A stretch of 64,000 bases of DNA from Tubulanus polymorphus (lineage: Eukaryota > Animalia > Nemertea): the NCBI RefSeq assembly GCF_964204645.1, contig NW_027437431.1, positions 62,001-126,000 of the forward strand, given 5' to 3'. Below are positions 1-7,313 of the stretch, in pieces. Position 1 is the first letter of the stretch. Every line of letters begins with the position of its first letter. Position numbers and translations under genes: made by a program. Below the pieces are notes generated by a model. That model did not search any database. It saw only the letters and a list, made by a program, of their open reading frames with translations, and was not told where the DNA came from.

Positions 1-59
1 GTTAATGAAACTAGGTCGGAAAGATAACAAATTATTATTCAATATATCCTAAAGCTTCT

Positions 60-109
60 ACGAGGTTGGTCACGCGCTCGCTACGCTCGCCAGCGTGACA
101 CAACCTCGT
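60..109. other. Hairpin: 16-bp stem with 1-nt bulge, loop GCTCGCTACGCTCGCCA; candidate origin/Rep-binding element (each copy)
   Basis: ACGAGGTTG(60-68)/CAACCTCGT(101-109) and GTCACGC(69-75)/GCGTGAC(93-99) are exact reverse complements. Confidence 0.75.
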
Positions 110-501
110 GGACGCTCCAAAGATAATGAGTATGTGCTTGATAATGAGTGAATTAATTGGGAACCCTATAGCGGGTAAAAGGTAAGAAGTAGAAATTATA
201 GGGTTAGGGGTTATCATTATACTCGGATGCCCACAGCCCGTGGTGGTCTGTGACAGTGGAGGTTAGTTAAAGTTCGAGGCGTGTGACTAGTCGGGGGGAA
301 TAACATAGGCGGCTACGCCGCGATAGTTAGTCGGCAAGGTCGGCTGCGCCTCCGGCGGTACAGATTACATCTGAGTGTATTAGTCTACCAACGGAAGCCC
401 AAACCCTAAATAATATTAGTCGGAAAAATCTGAGTTAGAGGGTCGCAACCGGTTCAAACAATTTAACATCTCATACAGGTGACTCGTACTTTTAGTATCA
501 A

Positions 502-1584
502 ATGCCATCGTTGAAACGGAGGCGAAACGGATTTACATTGCCCGGTTTACCACATTGCGGTCCATTCAACGATATATCCAGTTACAAAAGCGAAGGAATA
601 GACGAAGTGTGCCGTATTCACGACAAAGAGTACGGAGAACTGCAAGAGAAATACGGTAAATGGGCTCCGTACTTCCAGTACAATTCAGCGGATCAGACAT
701 TTTTGGACAGTGCTTCGGGTGTGAACGGTGTAGGTGCGAGACTAACGTCGAGTGTATTCAGAGCAAAACGGGCGTTATTTCCAACAATGGCGGAAGAACC
801 GGCATTAAAAAGATCAAAGAGAACGGCGGAAACGGGGAGCGAAGAAGGGAACGCCCAACAAATGATGACTCACATGACGGAAAAGCCGTCACTACACTAT
901 AAGAGCGTGTTAATACATAGAGGTTACCTAACGTTTACGAATTGGGATCCGGACCAGGCGTACGGAGCATTCGGAAGAAAAGCGAAGATTTACTGTTCGG
1001 GAATGAGAACGTTTAACTTCGGATTAAAAGAAAGAGAAGGATGGAGAAGATTTCCAGCCAGCATGGATACCATAGGGATGTGGGATCAATTCAAAGTGAC
1101 TTCGGGTAAAATAACGTTATACCCCATAGCGAGCGAAAGCGCGGTAAGCTCTGATTCGAACGCGTTCCAAGATCCGATAGTATGGTTAAAGACGGCAGCC
1201 GATTGGGACTTGAAAGTGAAAGACTCGGCCGCCAATACTCACCAGGGATCGCCGTACGCCGATATAAATTTATTAACTCAAAAGCAAAGCTACAGGCAAT
1301 ACGAATTAGGTCGGGGATGCGTTAGCATGGGATTACCCATGTCGACCATAAGAACCGAAATACAAGACACGAGTGACCCGACAGACGTTACCAGATCGGT
1401 GAATATCGGGGATAACTCGGCGTGGTTAGACGGAGCGTACCGCGATCATTGGCAATCAGCCGCGCTCATTATGCAAATGTTAGTGTACAACGATTCGATA
1501 CACGCGGATTTAAACACGCCCCATACAGAAATTATCGTTCCAGCGGAAGTGGAGTTTACGATGATTCATAGAAACAGAGTATAA
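502..1584 (+). CDS. cap: Capsid protein (VP1-like) with N-terminal parvovirus-type phospholipase A2 domain, copy 1
   Basis: LPGLPHCGPFN (Ca-binding loop), DEVCRIHDKEY (catalytic HD), PYFQYNSADQTF and VFRAKR follow the parvoviral VP1u PLA2 pattern. WDQFKVTSGKITLYP resembles a CRESS jelly-roll strand motif. Basic NLS-like KRRR and KRSKR. Confidence 0.88.
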   Translation: MPSLKRRRNGFTLPGLPHCGPFNDISSYKSEGIDEVCRIHDKEYGELQEKYGKWAPYFQYNSADQTFLDSASGVNGVGARLTSSVFRAKRALFPTMAEEPALKRSKRTAETGSEEGNAQQMMTHMTEKPSLHYKSVLIHRGYLTFTNWDPDQAYGAFGRKAKIYCSGMRTFNFGLKEREGWRRFPASMDTIGMWDQFKVTSGKITLYPIASESAVSSDSNAFQDPIVWLKTAADWDLKVKDSAANTHQGSPYADINLLTQKQSYRQYELGRGCVSMGLPMSTIRTEIQDTSDPTDVTRSVNIGDNSAWLDGAYRDHWQSAALIMQMLVYNDSIHADLNTPHTEIIVPAEVEFTMIHRNRV

Positions 1585-1585
1585 T

Positions 1586-1894
1586 ATGATAATAACTTTC
1601 CTATTCTTGGCATCCGGTTTCCTACACGAGTACAAGTGGCACGTATATACTAAACGTATCATGAGTAGAACGCAACGATTCATGAAAATAAGAGACGAAG
1701 TGGCGAACGAGTGGGTCATCAAACACGACGTCAACGAAAATCGGGTACTAAGGGAACAACACATTACAGAAGTAGCGAAAAGGATATTCTACTACCGGGA
1801 AAAACAATGGGAACTAAGTCGAGAAACTGGTCGTTCACAACCGACAATCGAGCAGAAGTCTGCCTCGAAAGTCAAATCGGAACGTCAACAGTAA
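1586..1894 (+). CDS. Small ORF overlapping the 5' end of rep in another frame (102 aa, or 77 aa from ATG 1661); hypothetical accessory protein, present in all 19 copies
   Basis: Starts 1 nt after the cap stop, fills the cap-rep gap and is charged with a helical-looking sequence. No homology recognised. Confidence 0.45.
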   Translation: MIITFLFLASGFLHEYKWHVYTKRIMSRTQRFMKIRDEVANEWVIKHDVNENRVLREQHITEVAKRIFYYREKQWELSRETGRSQPTIEQKSASKVKSERQQ

Positions 1895-3210
1895 CCGTAC
1901 ACATAGGTCCGCAAGAAGATCCGGACGGTTACGCGCACGGAGTAATAATAACGTTAGCCAAAGGTACGCAACGACCGTTGAAACAGAGCGAAAACGCGAT
2001 TAGACAACTGTTACACTCGCTAGGCATTAGATTAGTTAACGACTACATCAAACCGACGGAAAAATTAGGCGCCTACATTCAATACATGTACAAAGAAGCC
2101 GACAAAATACCGGAAGAATTACGAGGTCACTTGGAGGTGAAAAACTCGAAAACGAACGACGACTTTTTCGGCCAAAAGATAAACGCGTTATACGCGGAAT
2201 ACCAACAAAGACCGGGACTAGCCGATTGGACGGCGAGAATAGTGAAGGAGTTCGGTTACAACGTACCCGAACTGAAAGTGAAAAGATCGTTTAAAAATTG
2301 GCCGGTAAGGGTAAAAGATATTACGAGAAACGCGGGTGACTTTGCGTTGAAAATGACGGACATAACAGAGCCGAAATTGACGCCGGAAATGGGAGTAGAA
2401 ATTATAACGAAATGCCTGGATAACGTTCAATCGGCGATGTGGGATGGTAAACATATAAATAAACGTGACCTGCTGGTAATATTGGTGAACGCGGCGATCG
2501 AGGGAGGTACGAGTAAAATCAGAAACGCGCCTCATATAATATTTTACGGAGATGCCGGGTCTGGTAAATCGATGTTGGCTAAATTATTGTTCCCGGATTC
2601 GATTACGAGCCAAATGCCGACGGATTCGGAAGGCGTAGGAGCGTGCGAGATGGGAGGAGGACAACGTATATTCAAAGTCGACGACGCCAGCGACGCTTTT
2701 TGGCACAACTCGGGGTTGTTGTCGATGATACTCGCGATGTACCAGTCCACCTGGGAGGCAAAAGTACATTCTAGTAAACAAAGTAACCCGCCGTGTATGA
2801 CGGTAATTACGACGAATTGTAAGAATCCGTTAGAGAAGTTCGCCTCTACAGTAGCTTTGGAAGCTGTGGAAAGGAGATTCTTGTCGGTGTATTTCAAAGG
2901 TAAAGCAGATTTGGGAAACGTAGTTTACGACATTACGCCGGGCGTATGCGAAGAAATATTAGAAATAATAGTTAACGAAATTAGACAAGGTAGATATCTG
3001 GACAACCAAGTCCACTTGGACGACTGGGAAACGGATGATGACGTGGTGATACCGTTCGAAAAAGAAAGAAACTTCATCGAAGCGTACCACGTAGGTCACA
3101 TGTCGGACGCGATGCATCAGAATATGGAGGAAAGGTTAAAACGTAAACGTAAAGAAGAAGACGATACGAATGAAACTCTTAAGTTCGCTAAACGCGGGGA
3201 AATCCTGTAG
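1807..3210 (+). CDS. rep: Replication initiator Rep/NS1-like protein (HUH endonuclease + SF3 helicase), 467 aa from first ATG, copy 1
   Basis: Motif I SRNWSFTTDN, motif II-like GYAHGV, motif III YIQYMYKE, Walker A GDAGSGKS, Walker B IFKVDD, motif C VITTN, Arg finger RRF, C-terminal KRKRK. The ORF track starts at GTG 1711; the first ATG (1807, ACAATGG) lies just before motif I. Confidence 0.92.
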   Translation: MGTKSRNWSFTTDNRAEVCLESQIGTSTVTVHIGPQEDPDGYAHGVIITLAKGTQRPLKQSENAIRQLLHSLGIRLVNDYIKPTEKLGAYIQYMYKEADKIPEELRGHLEVKNSKTNDDFFGQKINALYAEYQQRPGLADWTARIVKEFGYNVPELKVKRSFKNWPVRVKDITRNAGDFALKMTDITEPKLTPEMGVEIITKCLDNVQSAMWDGKHINKRDLLVILVNAAIEGGTSKIRNAPHIIFYGDAGSGKSMLAKLLFPDSITSQMPTDSEGVGACEMGGGQRIFKVDDASDAFWHNSGLLSMILAMYQSTWEAKVHSSKQSNPPCMTVITTNCKNPLEKFASTVALEAVERRFLSVYFKGKADLGNVVYDITPGVCEEILEIIVNEIRQGRYLDNQVHLDDWETDDDVVIPFEKERNFIEAYHVGHMSDAMHQNMEERLKRKRKEEDDTNETLKFAKRGEIL

Positions 3211-3221
3211 TTGGCAATGTA

Positions 3222-3227
3222 AATAAA
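3222..3227 (+). terminator. Putative polyadenylation signal AATAAA downstream of rep (each copy)
   Basis: AATAAA begins 12 nt after the rep TAG; a T/GT-rich tract follows at 3301-3311. Confidence 0.55.
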
Positions 3228-3267
3228 TCTATAAATAGAATTCTATAAATTTCTCAATTCGTTACTA

Positions 3268-3400
3268 CCAGTGGACCCGCAGACCCGCGGACCCACTGGC
3301 TGTTCGTTTTTCATGGTCTACCCCCCCTTATATATATAATAAGGAAAGAGAAGGAGGGTCCGCGGGTCCGCGGGTCTGCGGTATTCTCTAAACCGAGAAT
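3268..3400. promoter_or_regulatory. Candidate replication origin/promoter: inverted 8-bp iteron triplets flanking a C7 + TATATATA palindrome (each copy)
   Basis: GGACCCGC-AGACCCGC-GGACCC (3273-3294) faces GGGTCCGC-GGGTCCGC-GGGTCTGC (3356-3379). Perfect 18-bp IR at 3277-3294/3364-3381. CCTTAT/ATAAGG at 3326-3344. Confidence 0.6.
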
Positions 3401-3907
3401 CGAAAAGTTAATGAAACTAGGTCGGAAAGATAACAAATTATTATTCAATATATCCTAAAGCTTCTACGAGGTTGGTCACGCGCTCGCTACGCTCGCCAGC
3501 GTGACACAACCTCGTGGACGCTCCAAAGATAATGAGTATGTGCTTGATAATGAGTGAATTAATTGGGAACCCTATAGCGGGTAAAAGGTAAGAAGTAGAA
3601 ATTATAGGGTTAGGGGTTATCATTATACTCGGATGCCCACAGCCCGTGGTGGTCTGTGACAGTGGAGGTTAGTTAAAGTTCGAGGCGTGTGACTAGTCGG
3701 GGGGAATAACATAGGCGGCTACGCCGCGATAGTTAGTCGGCAAGGTCGGCTGCGCCTCCGGCGGTACAGATTACATCTGAGTGTATTAGTCTACCAACGG
3801 AAGCCCAAACCCTAAATAATATTAGTCGGAAAAATCTGAGTTAGAGGGTCGCAACCGGTTCAAACAATTTAACATCTCATACAGGTGACTCGTACTTTTA
3901 GTATCAA

Positions 3908-4990
3908 ATGCCATCGTTGAAACGGAGGCGAAACGGATTTACATTGCCCGGTTTACCACATTGCGGTCCATTCAACGATATATCCAGTTACAAAAGCGAA
4001 GGAATAGACGAAGTGTGCCGTATTCACGACAAAGAGTACGGAGAACTGCAAGAGAAATACGGTAAATGGGCTCCGTACTTCCAGTACAATTCAGCGGATC
4101 AGACATTTTTGGACAGTGCTTCGGGTGTGAACGGTGTAGGTGCGAGACTAACGTCGAGTGTATTCAGAGCAAAACGGGCGTTATTTCCAACAATGGCGGA
4201 AGAACCGGCATTAAAAAGATCAAAGAGAACGGCGGAAACGGGGAGCGAAGAAGGGAACGCCCAACAAATGATGACTCACATGACGGAAAAGCCGTCACTA
4301 CACTATAAGAGCGTGTTAATACATAGAGGTTACCTAACGTTTACGAATTGGGATCCGGACCAGGCGTACGGAGCATTCGGAAGAAAAGCGAAGATTTACT
4401 GTTCGGGAATGAGAACGTTTAACTTCGGATTAAAAGAAAGAGAAGGATGGAGAAGATTTCCAGCCAGCATGGATACCATAGGGATGTGGGATCAATTCAA
4501 AGTGACTTCGGGTAAAATAACGTTATACCCCATAGCGAGCGAAAGCGCGGTAAGCTCTGATTCGAACGCGTTCCAAGATCCGATAGTATGGTTAAAGACG
4601 GCAGCCGATTGGGACTTGAAAGTGAAAGACTCGGCCGCCAATACTCACCAGGGATCGCCGTACGCCGATATAAATTTATTAACTCAAAAGCAAAGCTACA
4701 GGCAATACGAATTAGGTCGGGGATGCGTTAGCATGGGATTACCCATGTCGACCATAAGAACCGAAATACAAGACACGAGTGACCCGACAGACGTTACCAG
4801 ATCGGTGAATATCGGGGATAACTCGGCGTGGTTAGACGGAGCGTACCGCGATCATTGGCAATCAGCCGCGCTCATTATGCAAATGTTAGTGTACAACGAT
4901 TCGATACACGCGGATTTAAACACGCCCCATACAGAAATTATCGTTCCAGCGGAAGTGGAGTTTACGATGATTCATAGAAACAGAGTATAA
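3908..4990 (+). CDS. cap: PLA2-capsid protein, copy 2
   Basis: Same protein as copy 1. Confidence 0.88.
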   Translation: MPSLKRRRNGFTLPGLPHCGPFNDISSYKSEGIDEVCRIHDKEYGELQEKYGKWAPYFQYNSADQTFLDSASGVNGVGARLTSSVFRAKRALFPTMAEEPALKRSKRTAETGSEEGNAQQMMTHMTEKPSLHYKSVLIHRGYLTFTNWDPDQAYGAFGRKAKIYCSGMRTFNFGLKEREGWRRFPASMDTIGMWDQFKVTSGKITLYPIASESAVSSDSNAFQDPIVWLKTAADWDLKVKDSAANTHQGSPYADINLLTQKQSYRQYELGRGCVSMGLPMSTIRTEIQDTSDPTDVTRSVNIGDNSAWLDGAYRDHWQSAALIMQMLVYNDSIHADLNTPHTEIIVPAEVEFTMIHRNRV

Positions 4991-5212
4991 TATGATAATA
5001 ACTTTCCTATTCTTGGCATCCGGTTTCCTACACGAGTACAAGTGGCACGTATATACTAAACGTATCATGAGTAGAACGCAACGATTCATGAAAATAAGAG
5101 ACGAAGTGGCGAACGAGTGGGTCATCAAACACGACGTCAACGAAAATCGGGTACTAAGGGAACAACACATTACAGAAGTAGCGAAAAGGATATTCTACTA
5201 CCGGGAAAAACA

Positions 5213-6616
5213 ATGGGAACTAAGTCGAGAAACTGGTCGTTCACAACCGACAATCGAGCAGAAGTCTGCCTCGAAAGTCAAATCGGAACGTCAACAGTAA
5301 CCGTACACATAGGTCCGCAAGAAGATCCGGACGGTTACGCGCACGGAGTAATAATAACGTTAGCCAAAGGTACGCAACGACCGTTGAAACAGAGCGAAAA
5401 CGCGATTAGACAACTGTTACACTCGCTAGGCATTAGATTAGTTAACGACTACATCAAACCGACGGAAAAATTAGGCGCCTACATTCAATACATGTACAAA
5501 GAAGCCGACAAAATACCGGAAGAATTACGAGGTCACTTGGAGGTGAAAAACTCGAAAACGAACGACGACTTTTTCGGCCAAAAGATAAACGCGTTATACG
5601 CGGAATACCAACAAAGACCGGGACTAGCCGATTGGACGGCGAGAATAGTGAAGGAGTTCGGTTACAACGTACCCGAACTGAAAGTGAAAAGATCGTTTAA
5701 AAATTGGCCGGTAAGGGTAAAAGATATTACGAGAAACGCGGGTGACTTTGCGTTGAAAATGACGGACATAACAGAGCCGAAATTGACGCCGGAAATGGGA
5801 GTAGAAATTATAACGAAATGCCTGGATAACGTTCAATCGGCGATGTGGGATGGTAAACATATAAATAAACGTGACCTGCTGGTAATATTGGTGAACGCGG
5901 CGATCGAGGGAGGTACGAGTAAAATCAGAAACGCGCCTCATATAATATTTTACGGAGATGCCGGGTCTGGTAAATCGATGTTGGCTAAATTATTGTTCCC
6001 GGATTCGATTACGAGCCAAATGCCGACGGATTCGGAAGGCGTAGGAGCGTGCGAGATGGGAGGAGGACAACGTATATTCAAAGTCGACGACGCCAGCGAC
6101 GCTTTTTGGCACAACTCGGGGTTGTTGTCGATGATACTCGCGATGTACCAGTCCACCTGGGAGGCAAAAGTACATTCTAGTAAACAAAGTAACCCGCCGT
6201 GTATGACGGTAATTACGACGAATTGTAAGAATCCGTTAGAGAAGTTCGCCTCTACAGTAGCTTTGGAAGCTGTGGAAAGGAGATTCTTGTCGGTGTATTT
6301 CAAAGGTAAAGCAGATTTGGGAAACGTAGTTTACGACATTACGCCGGGCGTATGCGAAGAAATATTAGAAATAATAGTTAACGAAATTAGACAAGGTAGA
6401 TATCTGGACAACCAAGTCCACTTGGACGACTGGGAAACGGATGATGACGTGGTGATACCGTTCGAAAAAGAAAGAAACTTCATCGAAGCGTACCACGTAG
6501 GTCACATGTCGGACGCGATGCATCAGAATATGGAGGAAAGGTTAAAACGTAAACGTAAAGAAGAAGACGATACGAATGAAACTCTTAAGTTCGCTAAACG
6601 CGGGGAAATCCTGTAG
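5213..6616 (+). CDS. rep: Rep (HUH + SF3 helicase), copy 2
   Basis: Same protein as copy 1. Confidence 0.9.
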   Translation: MGTKSRNWSFTTDNRAEVCLESQIGTSTVTVHIGPQEDPDGYAHGVIITLAKGTQRPLKQSENAIRQLLHSLGIRLVNDYIKPTEKLGAYIQYMYKEADKIPEELRGHLEVKNSKTNDDFFGQKINALYAEYQQRPGLADWTARIVKEFGYNVPELKVKRSFKNWPVRVKDITRNAGDFALKMTDITEPKLTPEMGVEIITKCLDNVQSAMWDGKHINKRDLLVILVNAAIEGGTSKIRNAPHIIFYGDAGSGKSMLAKLLFPDSITSQMPTDSEGVGACEMGGGQRIFKVDDASDAFWHNSGLLSMILAMYQSTWEAKVHSSKQSNPPCMTVITTNCKNPLEKFASTVALEAVERRFLSVYFKGKADLGNVVYDITPGVCEEILEIIVNEIRQGRYLDNQVHLDDWETDDDVVIPFEKERNFIEAYHVGHMSDAMHQNMEERLKRKRKEEDDTNETLKFAKRGEIL

Positions 6617-7313
6617 TTGGCAATGTAAATAAATCTATAAATAGAATTCTATAAATTTCTCAATTCGTTACTACCAGTGGACCCGCAGACCCGCGGACCC
6701 ACTGGCTGTTCGTTTTTCATGGTCTACCCCCCCTTATATATATAATAAGGAAAGAGAAGGAGGGTCCGCGGGTCCGCGGGTCTGCGGTATTCTCTAAACC
6801 GAGAATCGAAAAGTTAATGAAACTAGGTCGGAAAGATAACAAATTATTATTCAATATATCCTAAAGCTTCTACGAGGTTGGTCACGCGCTCGCTACGCTC
6901 GCCAGCGTGACACAACCTCGTGGACGCTCCAAAGATAATGAGTATGTGCTTGATAATGAGTGAATTAATTGGGAACCCTATAGCGGGTAAAAGGTAAGAA
7001 GTAGAAATTATAGGGTTAGGGGTTATCATTATACTCGGATGCCCACAGCCCGTGGTGGTCTGTGACAGTGGAGGTTAGTTAAAGTTCGAGGCGTGTGACT
7101 AGTCGGGGGGAATAACATAGGCGGCTACGCCGCGATAGTTAGTCGGCAAGGTCGGCTGCGCCTCCGGCGGTACAGATTACATCTGAGTGTATTAGTCTAC
7201 CAACGGAAGCCCAAACCCTAAATAATATTAGTCGGAAAAATCTGAGTTAGAGGGTCGCAACCGGTTCAAACAATTTAACATCTCATACAGGTGACTCGTA
7301 CTTTTAGTATCAA

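Larger units (their letters stand above)
1..3406 (+). mobile_element. Unit-length genome of a small ssDNA virus-like element (PLA2-capsid + HUH/SF3 Rep); probable endogenous viral element or concatemer
   Basis: Capsid with parvoviral PLA2 motifs, Rep with rolling-circle and SF3 motifs, and an origin-like intergenic region. The unit boundary is arbitrary (circular permutation). Confidence 0.9.

Noticed and set aside
35-217. 60-aa minus-strand ORF in the intergenic region; also 1510..1764 (-)
   Set aside because: Short, no motifs, overlapping hairpins or sense genes; no support for an ambisense organisation.
660-902. 80-aa alternative-frame ORF inside cap
   Set aside because: It could be analogous to overprinted parvoviral ORFs, but it has no recognisable features; not called.
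1711-1806. N-terminal 32-aa extension of Rep in the ORF track
   Set aside because: It starts at GTG. In a eukaryotic virus the ATG at 1807, in strong Kozak context immediately before motif I, is the more plausible start.
1942-2484. NANTATTAC matches on the minus strand (1942-1950 TATTATTAC; 2476-2484 CAATATTAC)
   Set aside because: Both lie inside the rep coding sequence with no flanking stem; likely chance.
2218-2897. Minus-strand ORFs (105, 117, 65 aa) antisense to rep, and their copies
   Set aside because: Shadow ORFs with no recognisable motifs; recurrence only reflects the repeat.
3273-3381. Short GC-rich repeats as CRISPR or transposon TIRs
   Set aside because: 8-bp period without spacers, no cas or transposase gene and no target-site duplication.
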